Source: Haliscomenobacter sp. (GTDB taxonomy: Bacteria; Bacteroidota; Bacteroidia; Chitinophagales; Saprospiraceae). From it: a DNA stretch of 64,000 bases. The notes beneath the pieces are model-generated. The model had not been told where the DNA came from, searched no databases, and was given only the letters and a program-made list of their open reading frames with translations. The stretch is taken from positions 29 through 64,028 of the forward strand of contig NZ_JANRKL010000115.1 in NCBI RefSeq assembly GCF_033763495.1. Direction: 5' to 3'. Position 1 is the stretch's first letter, and each line of letters begins with the position of its first letter. Of this stretch, positions 45,603 to 54,572 are shown piece by piece. The position numbers and the translations under genes are program-made.

Positions 45603-46181
45603 TTAAAATCCTCCAAAACGCAGGGTCAATCCCCAGTGTGAGCCACTAAAATCGTCGTTGGTGTAGCCACGGTTTTCATTGGCGCCGCGCAGGAAGCGAT
45701 AACCTACGGTACCTGCTACCCGAAACCAACGGGTAACGTTTAACTCCAAACCTGCTTCGGGAGTCATTACAAAAACTTGATCCGCATCGCGGAATTGAAA
45801 ATTGGGATTGTCTACGGGGATGTCCACAGCGCCCCAGCCAAAACGGCCACTGGCGTACAAGTGGATCACTTTATTGGTAGGTACGGTAATACCCAACCAC
45901 AAACCACCGTGGCCAATGTCGATTTTCTCGAGGGTATTGTTGTCGAGCAGGTAGTCGAAATCCACACTCCCTACACCATAACCACCCAGGAAGAAGTTTT
46001 TAAACACAATCCCTCCACCCCCACCTACGGAGGTACCGATTTTGTTTTCGTCAAAACCATATTCAAGGATCAAACTCCCAAAACCACCCGTTACATGGCT
46101 ACGGCCAAAGAGGGTTTGTTCCTGGGCAAAAATGGCTCCACAACAGAGGAGCATAAACGCGGTGATGATGAAGCTTTTCAT
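45603..46181 (-). CDS. small outer-membrane beta-barrel protein, hypothetical
   Basis: Signal peptide MKSFIITAFMLLCCGAIFAQ. Gly/aromatic alternating strands. C-terminus WGLTLRFGGF with a terminal Phe. Confidence 0.6.
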   Translation of the reverse strand: MKSFIITAFMLLCCGAIFAQEQTLFGRSHVTGGFGSLILEYGFDENKIGTSVGGGGGIVFKNFFLGGYGVGSVDFDYLLDNNTLEKIDIGHGGLWLGITVPTNKVIHLYASGRFGWGAVDIPVDNPNFQFRDADQVFVMTPEAGLELNVTRWFRVAGTVGYRFLRGANENRGYTNDDFSGSHWGLTLRFGGF

Positions 46182-46332
46182 AATGTTTGAGCTTTTAAGT
46201 CAGTTAATGTAAGACACCAAACTATGAACTGCGGGGGCAAAAAATTCCCCTTTTGCCGCACAGACAACGCTAGGCGGCAATTCAATTTGGTGATAAAATT
46301 CAAGGAAAATTTCAGGAAATCAATTCCTCCGT

Positions 46333-48081
46333 TTACAGGCGAATACCTGCGTTAAAACCGATCCAGCCCTGGCTGCGTTTGTTGGCATCCGTTTTGTCGT
46401 ACAAAGTAGTTTTGGCAACGAGCTCGCTACCTCCGATGCCCAGTTCTGGATCCTTGCGACTGGACACCAGCAAGTTGGCCGTTGGCCCCGCATAAATACT
46501 CATCCGTTTGCCCAGCCGCCAGTCGAAAAGCAGGCGAACTTGGTGCAATTGGTGTAGTGGTCGGGTCCAGCCTTCACGCTCGTTTACTTTGATGCTGATC
46601 AGTTCCAAATTGCTCAGGGTTCGTTTACCCAGACTGAAGGCGGTACCGAAGCCGTAGCCCAAACCCCAGGTCAACTCTTTAATGCTTTCTTCGGTGTTGT
46701 TACCTGGGTTTTGCGCTTCGCTGATCCGCGCTCCCAGATAGAAGATGTTGTAAAATGGCTTTACCCCTATTTTAAAAGCTAAATTTCCTAAAAAAGATTC
46801 ACTGGTGGATAATTCAACCCGATTGTAACCTTTCCGTACGAGATTGAGCAGGCCAATTGTAACCCCACTGACAGTATCAGCCACGTTGATCAATCCGATT
46901 TGTACCCCTTTTACCTGACGGGCTACGTTGATGATGGTGCTCAATTGGCCATTGTTCACATCTTTAGCGATGTTGAACAAGGGGCTCACTTGCAATCGGG
47001 TTCTGCCGCCACTGACGTTGAACAAACCGCCTACTTGTACTGCGCGGGAATTTTTTCCCGCAATATTGAACAAACCTGCTGCCTGTACCCCTGCAAAATC
47101 ATGTCTGGCGATATTGAACAAACCTGCTCCTTGTAGGGCTGAGCCCCTTCCCAGGATGTTGAACAAACCGGCCCCTTGTACCCCTACCATTGTGTCCGTG
47201 GCAATGTTGAACAAGCCGGCCGCCTGGGTGCCCAGTACGTCATCACCAACCGTATTGCCCAATCCAGCGATTTGGATGCCTTGTACATCATTGCGGATCG
47301 AATTCATCAGGCCGCCAATTTCCAGGCCTTCTACCCCACCGTTGTGGCCCCACAGTAAATTTACAGAGACCCGGTTGGTCGTGCGGGCACTTTGTACAAA
47401 ATTGGATCCCAGGAAGGGCAGCAAGGAAATTTGTGCCAACCGTGGGAGGTTTTTCTTTGGATTGATCACCACACTGGTACTATCTGTAGTCGAATCAGAA
47501 TTGGGAACAGGTGCCGCGGCAACTTCTTCTTCCATTAACAAGGTCGAATCGATTACCAGGGGATCGAAGCGGGTCGCGGTCAGGTTTTCTAAACTTTTAC
47601 TTTCTGTATTGGAGGGAAGTTTTTGAGGGGCAGGGCGCCCGGAAATGGTGGGCGAACTTTGGGCCCAACGTTTTTTGCGCTCTGCAATAATTTCTTCCAT
47701 CCGTGGATCAGCATAAAGTGGGCTTTGTTGGTCTACTTCTTTCGGGATGGTTTTATTGGTAATCCGGGGCGGCGGATTTTTTTCAACCGGACGCAGTACG
47801 ATTTGTCCTCCTATGGATTTATAGGCAACGGGCAGAGGATCAAACAATTTATCCAATGCCTCTGAAAGTGCAATATTGTTGACACTAATGGTGATGGGCT
47901 GGGAAGTGGGAATATAATCCGGGCTGTACACAAAATACACATCGTGATCGGCAGAAATATCGTCGAGAACCAGTTTTAAAGCCAAACGATTGTAGGAGAA
48001 ACTGACTTTGCGCGCCAGGTTTTGCCCATACAATGATGCCACACAACAACAGAGAATCAAGATAGTGGAAAACAGTTTCAT
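46333..48081 (-). CDS. STN-domain protein with Gly-Gln-Gly-Leu-Asn repeats (no TonB-dependent receptor body)
   Basis: Signal peptide. Residues ~25-98 resemble the secretin/TonB N-terminal short (STN) domain: VSFSYNRLALKLVLDDISADHDVYFVYSPDYIPTSQPITISVNNIALSEALDKLFDPLPVAYKSIGGQIVL. A Pro/Ser linker follows, then about ten 15-17-aa repeats G-[VIL]-Q-x-[AG]-G-L-[FG]-N-[IV] (aa ~249-415), then a ~165-aa C-terminal region. Starts 36 nt downstream of the FecR gene. Confidence 0.7.
   Translation of the reverse strand: MKLFSTILILCCCVASLYGQNLARKVSFSYNRLALKLVLDDISADHDVYFVYSPDYIPTSQPITISVNNIALSEALDKLFDPLPVAYKSIGGQIVLRPVEKNPPPRITNKTIPKEVDQQSPLYADPRMEEIIAERKKRWAQSSPTISGRPAPQKLPSNTESKSLENLTATRFDPLVIDSTLLMEEEVAAAPVPNSDSTTDSTSVVINPKKNLPRLAQISLLPFLGSNFVQSARTTNRVSVNLLWGHNGGVEGLEIGGLMNSIRNDVQGIQIAGLGNTVGDDVLGTQAAGLFNIATDTMVGVQGAGLFNILGRGSALQGAGLFNIARHDFAGVQAAGLFNIAGKNSRAVQVGGLFNVSGGRTRLQVSPLFNIAKDVNNGQLSTIINVARQVKGVQIGLINVADTVSGVTIGLLNLVRKGYNRVELSTSESFLGNLAFKIGVKPFYNIFYLGARISEAQNPGNNTEESIKELTWGLGYGFGTAFSLGKRTLSNLELISIKVNEREGWTRPLHQLHQVRLLFDWRLGKRMSIYAGPTANLLVSSRKDPELGIGGSELVAKTTLYDKTDANKRSQGWIGFNAGIRL
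46837..47337 (-). repeat. intragenic degenerate tandem repeats (~45-51 nt period) encoding the GxQxxGLxN units
   Basis: On the plus strand the motif appears as recurring ...gaacaaaccngc... units, and as MLNKPA.C repeats in the antisense track ORF 46928-47626. Confidence 0.8.
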
Positions 48082-48117
48082 GTGTAAGCTTGATGTAATG
48101 GGCGAAATAGGGCTTCC

Positions 48118-49179
48118 TTATTGATCGCCTCTAGAGATCACAAAGACATCACCTTCTACAGTCAATTTACCAGAAACAGACTCGGTTATGATGTTCAATG
48201 CATCCTGTATTTTCATACTGCGGGAAAAACGGGCACCAGCCATCGTCTTATCCAGAATGGCCTCGTCAGCATTAATTTGAACATTGTAAAACTTTTCTAC
48301 TGCGGGAATCACCTCCGCTAATGCGGTTCCAAAAGGGAAAACAATGGTTCCCTGCTGCCAGGAGTCAACATCTTCGGTGGCTACATCTTGCGCTTTCTCC
48401 AAGGTTTCGCTGTCACTTTCATAAATCGCAGAATTACCCGGGGATAATACCAGAGGAAGGGCTTCTTTTTGCAGTGCCTCTTTGCGCTTTTGTACTTCTA
48501 CCCTTCCAGTTTTGACACTCACTTTCACTTTCGCTTCATCAGGATAAGCGCGGATGTTGAAGCTAGTGCCCACTACACGGGTTTGTACTTCGCCAGTTTC
48601 AATCACGAAGGGGTGCTTGGGGTCTTTTTCGACATCAAAAAAGGCTTCGCCACTCAGTACCACCTTGCGGGTCTCGCCATCGTAAGTATAGGAAAGTGTA
48701 GAATTTTCGTTGAGTTTGATTTGGCTTTGATCAGGTAGGGTAATGCTGCGGCTCTGATTGTCAGGAGTGCTGAAGGCCAAAGTCTCCGGTGTAGTATCCC
48801 GCATAAACACCCACCATGCTGCCACGGCCAATAAGGCAACTGCGGCAGCTGCTGACCAAGCCCAGTTTAAGCTGCGCACTTTCGCCTGGGGATGGACTTG
48901 CAATGCTGGTTTTGCGGTACTCACCGCTGGCTCAGCCACCAGGGTAGTCTCCCCCAAGTCAATGCGGCTATCCAGGGCAGCCCAGGCTTTGGGCAAATTG
49001 ACCAGAAATTCGGTCTCAGGGCTGGTTTCGCTAAGGCTCCACAATTGGACCATCTCCTCAAAAACCTCGCGGTTTTGAGCACTGGCTTCAACCCAGGCCA
49101 TAAGCTCGCCTTCTTCCCCGGCGTTCAATCCGCCCGAGAGGTATTTGCCAATCAGATCCTCTTGTAAAGTATGCTCCAT
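48118..49179 (-). CDS. FecR-family anti-sigma factor
   Basis: Start trimmed to the ATG at 49179 (MEHTLQEDLIGKYLSGGL...) because the track start is TTG. It has a cytoplasmic anti-sigma segment, one TM helix (WSAAAAVALLAVAAWWVF), a FecR-like periplasmic domain (ITLPDQSQIKLNENSTLSY...LSGEAFFDV...PFVIETGEVQTRVVGTSFNI) and a C-terminal DUF4974-like part. Confidence 0.85.
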   Translation of the reverse strand: MEHTLQEDLIGKYLSGGLNAGEEGELMAWVEASAQNREVFEEMVQLWSLSETSPETEFLVNLPKAWAALDSRIDLGETTLVAEPAVSTAKPALQVHPQAKVRSLNWAWSAAAAVALLAVAAWWVFMRDTTPETLAFSTPDNQSRSITLPDQSQIKLNENSTLSYTYDGETRKVVLSGEAFFDVEKDPKHPFVIETGEVQTRVVGTSFNIRAYPDEAKVKVSVKTGRVEVQKRKEALQKEALPLVLSPGNSAIYESDSETLEKAQDVATEDVDSWQQGTIVFPFGTALAEVIPAVEKFYNVQINADEAILDKTMAGARFSRSMKIQDALNIITESVSGKLTVEGDVFVISRGDQ

Positions 49180-49277
49180 TGTAAACAGAATTATGGTCAA
49201 TGGTAGGGATGTAAAAAACGCAGCAGCACCCCTATTCTGTTCTGCAATTTTATGAAAAATTTATGATTTTTTTCGAC

Positions 49278-49862
49278 TTAGCTTCCAAACAGCCAGATTA
49301 ACAGCAAAATATGCAAGTACCCATGCAATTCTTGCCGTAATATTTTTAAGGCTTTGCCCATTTGATTCTCCACTGTTTTGATGGAAATGCCCATTTGATC
49401 CGCTATTTCCTGATAACTCATTTCTTCATAGCGGCTCAATTGAAACACCATGCGGCACTTGGGCGGCAAGCCATCGATGGCGCTGCGGATGTTTTGCTCC
49501 AACTCGGAATGCAAGTAGCTGTCTTCCGCTGTACCAGAGTCGCTGATTTGGGCCGAATGTGGCTCAATTTCTTCGGTAAAGTACTTGCGGCTGCGCAAAT
49601 AGGCCAGTCCTTCATTGACCGCCATCCGCCGCAAATAGGCATCCAGAGAGGAAGTGATTTCAATTTGGTGGCGTTTTTGCCAAAAGCGAAAAAAGACTTC
49701 CTGGGCAAGGTCTTCCACAATCACCGAATCCTTGATCAGGCGAAAAATAGCGCCACATACCTTCTGGTAGTTGTCCTGAAAGATTTCCTGAAGCGCGCCT
49801 TTGTCGTCTGTGCGCAGGCGATGCAGTAATTGTTGTTGTAGGTGTAAACGGTCCACTTGCAT
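49278..49862 (-). CDS. ECF sigma-70 family factor (Bacteroidota FecI-like type)
   Basis: 194 aa. Region 2 (EDLAQEVFFRFWQKR...LRRMAVNEGLAYLR) and region 4 (CRMVFQLSRYEEMSYQEIADQMGISIKTVENQMGKALKILR). Confidence 0.9.
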   Translation of the reverse strand: MQVDRLHLQQQLLHRLRTDDKGALQEIFQDNYQKVCGAIFRLIKDSVIVEDLAQEVFFRFWQKRHQIEITSSLDAYLRRMAVNEGLAYLRSRKYFTEEIEPHSAQISDSGTAEDSYLHSELEQNIRSAIDGLPPKCRMVFQLSRYEEMSYQEIADQMGISIKTVENQMGKALKILRQELHGYLHILLLIWLFGS

Positions 49863-50113
49863 AGGTTGGTATCACATGACCCGGCTGCAAAATACGAGTA
49901 AAGTGCAAAAAACGGTGCATGCTTCGACTAAAGTTGCAAATGTGTGGAGCTATGAACTGAATTTGCAACTTGCTGCTTCATTTTTTTGTCCATCCAGTCC
50001 AACTATTTTTTACACCCTGGCATCTTCACAATAATGCAGCATCCAAGCTCCTCATTGTAAGCTATCGCTGACTGTTTTTTCGAATCAATCTCGTTGCAAT
50101 TTGGCCCATATTA

Positions 50114-50155
50114 TAGGTTGGGGCAAACAGGAGTGTTTGTCCCAACCTGGGGTTT
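50114..50155 (+). terminator. orphan terminator-like hairpin in a 330-nt intergenic region
   Basis: 14-bp stem aggttggggcaaac / gtttgtcccaacct with one G:U pair, a 6-nt loop, then ggggtttt. There is no annotated plus-strand gene upstream. It sits about 40 nt before the serine hydrolase start. Confidence 0.45.
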
Positions 50156-50195
50156 TAAAAGGTATTCCACCATTTTGGCAAAATAGGGCTTATCT

Positions 50196-51545
50196 TTGTT
50201 GACCACACAAAACCACAAGCCCAATGAAACTGCGCACAAAATCCTTCTTGGCATTTTGCTCATTGTCGTTGTCACCCTCGCCTGGAACGGACCTTACTAC
50301 TACAAATACGCCCAGGTAGGTGCCGCCTACAACGCCAAAATGACCTGCTCCTGCGTGTTTGTTTCCGGGCGTAGTTTGAGTTCGATTGAAAAAGAGGATT
50401 TGTACGCCATCCCTTTTACCACCCAAACCATCGACCGTAGGGCGCATACGGTGACTTCCAGCATCTTTGGTTTGGTGTCCAAAACGGCATTTTACCGCCC
50501 GGGCTTGGGTTGTACCCTTTTGAATGAAACCACTCCTGGGAATCTGCGCAAACAAGCCCGTGTAAAAATCCCTCGCATAGCTACACAGGAATTGCCTGAT
50601 TCTTCCCTTCCCGATTTTATCAAAATAAACTTGGAAAAAACCCTGGACTGGGCTTTTTCTGAGCCAGACAGCACCCGCCCTGTACACACTCGTGCTGTAG
50701 TCGTCCTGCACGATGGCAAAGTAGTAGCCGAGCGCTACGCTGATGGCATCACCCGGAATACACCACTGATCGGTTGGTCAATGACCAAAAGTGTCACCAA
50801 TGCCATGATTGGCCTGCTGGTTAAAGATGGGAAACTCAAAGTGAGTGCTCCCGCCTCTATCAAAGAATGGAAAAAGGATGAACGCGCCGCGATCACCCTG
50901 GACAACCTCTTGCGCATGAGCAGCGGCCTGGATTTTGAAGAAGACTACGGCAAAGTCAGCGATGCCACAAACATGCTCTTCCGCGTGCCAAACGCAGGGC
51001 AATACGCCATCCAGTCGCCCCTCAAAATAAAGCCGGGTACAGAATGGTATTACTCCAGCGGCACCACCAATATATTGCAGGAATTGATCCGGCGGCAATT
51101 CAAGAACTTGCCCGCTTACCTGGCTTTTCCACACCAACGTCTGTTTCAAAAACTGGGCATGAGTACAGCCATTATGGAACCAGATCCTTCGGGACTTTAC
51201 GTTGGCTCTTCGTACATGTTTGCATCAGCAAGGGATTGGGCCAAGTTTGGCCAATTGTACTTGCAGGATGGGCAATGGAAGGGTGAACAGATTTTACCCA
51301 AAGGCTGGGCAGCTTATTCTGGAAAAGAGACTCCGCATTCGGATGGGCTTTACGCTGCACAGTTTTGGATTGGCTACCGCAAGGAAGGTATGCCACAAGA
51401 TTTGTACTATGCTGATGGATTTGAAGGGCAGCGGGTGTTGATTGTGCCTTCTAAAAATTTGGTGGTGGTGCGTTTGGGCTGCACGCCTAGCGCAGGAAAT
51501 TTTGATGATGTGCGGTTTTTCCGGGAGATTTTGGAGGTATTTTGA
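50196..51545 (+). CDS. serine hydrolase (beta-lactamase/transpeptidase-like family) with N-terminal membrane anchor
   Basis: SxxK motif SMTKSV and YSSG-type second motif. N-terminal TM helix ILLGILLIVVVTLAW. The only in-frame starts before the TM helix are TTG codons (50196 or 50199), so the start is uncertain. Confidence 0.75.
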   Translation: MLTTQNHKPNETAHKILLGILLIVVVTLAWNGPYYYKYAQVGAAYNAKMTCSCVFVSGRSLSSIEKEDLYAIPFTTQTIDRRAHTVTSSIFGLVSKTAFYRPGLGCTLLNETTPGNLRKQARVKIPRIATQELPDSSLPDFIKINLEKTLDWAFSEPDSTRPVHTRAVVVLHDGKVVAERYADGITRNTPLIGWSMTKSVTNAMIGLLVKDGKLKVSAPASIKEWKKDERAAITLDNLLRMSSGLDFEEDYGKVSDATNMLFRVPNAGQYAIQSPLKIKPGTEWYYSSGTTNILQELIRRQFKNLPAYLAFPHQRLFQKLGMSTAIMEPDPSGLYVGSSYMFASARDWAKFGQLYLQDGQWKGEQILPKGWAAYSGKETPHSDGLYAAQFWIGYRKEGMPQDLYYADGFEGQRVLIVPSKNLVVVRLGCTPSAGNFDDVRFFREILEVF

Positions 51546-51551
51546 ATTATT

Positions 51552-52046
51552 TTATTTAAAAATGGCACCCACTTCGATTTCAATATTGGTAACCGGATCG
51601 TGTAGTTTGCCGCTGGTAAAAGTTAAAATGCTTTGATCAGGAAGTAGGATGTGGATGCTACGCAAGGTGGGAATGACCACCCAGGCCGATTGTACCCCGG
51701 ATGGAAAATAGTCCTTGTAAATTTTATCAGTCACATCTGTCAGTGCCTGCTTAGGCGAAATAATTTCAATAGTGGTGATTGGGGGCGTGCTCAAACGAAT
51801 CTCATCCTCCGACCAATCGTATTCCATCAATGGAAAAATGGAAATGTCAGGAGTGTATTTTTCCTTAAGCTGCAAGCTGACTTGTGAAAGGATATCGTAT
51901 TGCTCTTCGTATCCAATAGATAATAAAGTCGCAATTCGGGTTTCTACCCGAGCATGATTTTTACTCGACATGGGTCTATCGATTTCGTATTCCAGAAATT
52001 CTTGCGTTTCCATCATGCTCGTTTTTTTTGTGGCAAAATAATGCAT
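51552..52046 (-). CDS. Uma2-family (DUF820) putative endonuclease
   Basis: The pattern SSKNHARVETRIATLL...YTPDISIF...PPITTIEIISP fits the PD-(D/E)xK-like Uma2 family. Alternative ATG starts lie at 52016 and 52013 (MMETQEF...). Confidence 0.7.
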   Translation of the reverse strand: MHYFATKKTSMMETQEFLEYEIDRPMSSKNHARVETRIATLLSIGYEEQYDILSQVSLQLKEKYTPDISIFPLMEYDWSEDEIRLSTPPITTIEIISPKQALTDVTDKIYKDYFPSGVQSAWVVIPTLRSIHILLPDQSILTFTSGKLHDPVTNIEIEVGAIFK

Positions 52047-52095
52047 TCTTTAATAAAATGCAACCCATAGATTAACAAAAAGTTGAAATTTATTT

Positions 52096-52842
52096 TTATT
52101 CCTCCAACATGTATCGACCAGTAACTGGCTCAATGGTATAAGTCGGTAAAATTTTTCTCTGCTCAAAAAAACCATATGCCTCTCCCAAATTATCCCAAAA
52201 GGGCAACAAGTCCGGTCGATTCAGTGCCAGCAGGTTCTTCCGGTTTTCCGGCGTCATCCGACAAGGGAAAATGTGGACGGGGATTTGTTGCTGCCCCGCA
52301 TTTTTGGCCTCCAAAGTCAGCAAATATACTTCCCTGATTTTTTCATCGGTGATCGGCAAACAGCCGACCGAAACACAATTGCCGTGGATGTAGATTTCTC
52401 CACCTGGCTTTTTAGGATCAGACAAAATTCGGTCGGAAGCATTCGGATAATTGATGCCCATCGAAAGGTGGTAACTGCTTTTGGGGTTGAACACCTCGAT
52501 CCAGTACAAGCCCTCGGGTACCTGCAAGTCGCCCTCCTTACGCTTGGGGCCAAGCAGGCCGGGTACTCTACAAATGGGATAGGTGCGAAAATGGCGGAAT
52601 TCCAGCGAATCCTGAATCCAAACTTCCAGTTGCTGCTCCGATTTAAATGCCCGCAAAAAAACAGGTGCACCCCATTGCAAGCCCTGAGCAGCCAGGTCAT
52701 GGGTAAGGGACTCTCCTACCAGTTGTCGGGCCAAGGCTACCCGATCGCCATCAAAAGTTTGATTACTATCCACTTGACCCGTACAGTTGGAAAAAAGTGA
52801 AACAAAAAACAGGGATAATCCCAATTGAAGCGTTCTAATCAT
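52096..52842 (-). CDS. L,D-transpeptidase (YkuD) family protein
   Basis: Signal peptide. Catalytic motif IYIHGNCVSVGCLPI (His ... Gly-Cys) is characteristic of the YkuD fold. Confidence 0.8.
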   Translation of the reverse strand: MIRTLQLGLSLFFVSLFSNCTGQVDSNQTFDGDRVALARQLVGESLTHDLAAQGLQWGAPVFLRAFKSEQQLEVWIQDSLEFRHFRTYPICRVPGLLGPKRKEGDLQVPEGLYWIEVFNPKSSYHLSMGINYPNASDRILSDPKKPGGEIYIHGNCVSVGCLPITDEKIREVYLLTLEAKNAGQQQIPVHIFPCRMTPENRKNLLALNRPDLLPFWDNLGEAYGFFEQRKILPTYTIEPVTGRYMLEE

Positions 52843-52984
52843 GGCTCAGTTTTGTACCGCATTTTGGGGGGTTTTTCGGTTTTCCTGCTTGAAAACCCAC
52901 CACTTATGCAAACGTTCTCATCTAAAAAATGGTATGTTCATGTATCGCCACTTCTTTCAATCACCGACTTAAATAACCCTGACC

Positions 52985-54406
52985 ATGCAAAAAATGTTGC
53001 TTTGTACACTTTTGAGCGCGCTGGGGTGGTATCCACTTCTGGCCCGCAATATCCGGGTAAGTACTCCTAAAATGGAAATAACGGACAGTGGTACCTTCCT
53101 CCGTTTCACGGTGAGTTGGGACAATGCCTGGCAGAACAGCAAAAACCACGATGCAGCCTGGGTTTTTATCAAATACAAATCCAATGACCCCAACGCAGGA
53201 GCCCGGCATTGCCTACTGAATGCGCAAGGGCATCAAATGTTGAGTAAATTGCCAGCTAACTTGCCCAATCCGGCCCTGAAAGTGAGCCCTGACCATGTTG
53301 GGGTATTTGTACACTCCTCCCAGCCCTATCGAGGCCATGTACAATGGGAATTGCAACTTTCGCTTAATCCTCGTGGCTCAGGCATCATGGAGCAGTTGCC
53401 TGGCGAATGGTCGGTACAGGCCCTGGAAATGGTATTCGTCCCAGCCGGAGCCTACTACCTTGGCGACCCGGATACTACCTCCCGAAGCGCTGCCGCTTTT
53501 TTTGGCAATACGCCCAATTCAATGTATCAAGTCAAGCAGGAAAATCAGGTCATCAACATTGGCAGTCAGCCTGAGCAGTTGAATTATCGATCCGATCAAG
53601 CCATTTACCAGGGTGACCGCCAAGGCCCCGTTCCAGCCAGTTTCCCCAAAGGAGTCCAGGCTTTTTACATCCAGAAATACGAAATCAATCAAGGGACTTA
53701 TGCCAGTTTTTTGAACAGTTTGGGAGCTCAATCTTCTTATTTCCGCAACAATTTTGGAGGAAAAAACTACGCCCAATCCAGAGGCAGTATCGGCCTGGAC
53801 AATGGCCAATATAGCGCCAAAAGTCCTCAACGCCCCCTCAATTTTGTCAGTTGGGATGATGGTTGTGCTTTTGCAGACTGGGCTGGTTTGCGCCCCATGA
53901 CCGAACTGGAGTTTGAAAAAGCTTGTCGCGGGCCAGAGGTGCCCATTGCTCACCAATTCCCTTGGGGCACAGGCAACAAAAAAGACCTGGCCCGCTACGT
54001 GGATCGGGATGATGAACTTAAGCTCAAAACAGGAATCGACGAAGCTCAATTATCGGATCAAAACCGGGCGGTGTTTGCAGCCTCCTATTGGTGGGTCATG
54101 GATTTGGCGGGTAGTCTCTGGGAGCGTGTTGTGAGCATTGGGCATCCGACTGGTCGCGCGTTCAAGGGCAGCCATGGTGACGGACGCCTGAGCGGCTATG
54201 GCTATGCGACCAATGATGATTGGCCCCGTGGCGACGATGAGCGCAATGGAGGTTTTGGCTATCGCGGGGGTGGGTATTACGAACATGGCAAACCCGAAAC
54301 GGACTTTAACCCCCACAGCCCCATTTCCTGGCGCAATTTTGCAGCCTGGGCGGGTGGACCAAGGAGTATTGCTTATGGGTTTCGTTGTGTACGAACTGCC
54401 CCATGA
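52985..54406 (+). CDS. SUMF1/formylglycine-generating-enzyme-family domain protein with unknown ~130-aa N-terminal domain
   Basis: FGE-sulfatase-like segments MVFVPAGAYYLG, YIQKYEINQGTYASFL, LNFVSWDDGCAFADWAGLRPMTELEFEKACRG, WVMDLAGSLWERV and GFRCV. Confidence 0.75.
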   Translation: MQKMLLCTLLSALGWYPLLARNIRVSTPKMEITDSGTFLRFTVSWDNAWQNSKNHDAAWVFIKYKSNDPNAGARHCLLNAQGHQMLSKLPANLPNPALKVSPDHVGVFVHSSQPYRGHVQWELQLSLNPRGSGIMEQLPGEWSVQALEMVFVPAGAYYLGDPDTTSRSAAAFFGNTPNSMYQVKQENQVINIGSQPEQLNYRSDQAIYQGDRQGPVPASFPKGVQAFYIQKYEINQGTYASFLNSLGAQSSYFRNNFGGKNYAQSRGSIGLDNGQYSAKSPQRPLNFVSWDDGCAFADWAGLRPMTELEFEKACRGPEVPIAHQFPWGTGNKKDLARYVDRDDELKLKTGIDEAQLSDQNRAVFAASYWWVMDLAGSLWERVVSIGHPTGRAFKGSHGDGRLSGYGYATNDDWPRGDDERNGGFGYRGGGYYEHGKPETDFNPHSPISWRNFAAWAGGPRSIAYGFRCVRTAP

Positions 54407-54572
54407 TTTTGCCCCGAAAACGGACAGTTTTTGTATCAAAACCGGACAATTTCAATAAAACCACAACTGTAAAAATTTAAAAACCAATCACCTGTGTTTT
54501 TGGCATAAAAATAGCCCTGTTTTCACTATTAGCCCCTAAACCTTTGCCCTCATAGTTCAATAATTTGGAAAC

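Noticed and set aside
46928-47626. A 232-aa plus-strand ORF with striking MLNKPA.C periodicity.
   Set aside because: It is the antisense reading of the GxQxxGLxN coding repeats of the STN-domain gene. The periodicity reflects those repeats and does not mark a second gene.
52985-54406. Possible identity of the SUMF1-domain protein with the gliding/T9SS lipoproteins GldJ or GldK.
   Set aside because: No gldL/M/N genes follow, there is no lipoprotein Cys after the signal peptide, and the N-terminal domain differs. Only the generic FGE-sulfatase fold is supported.
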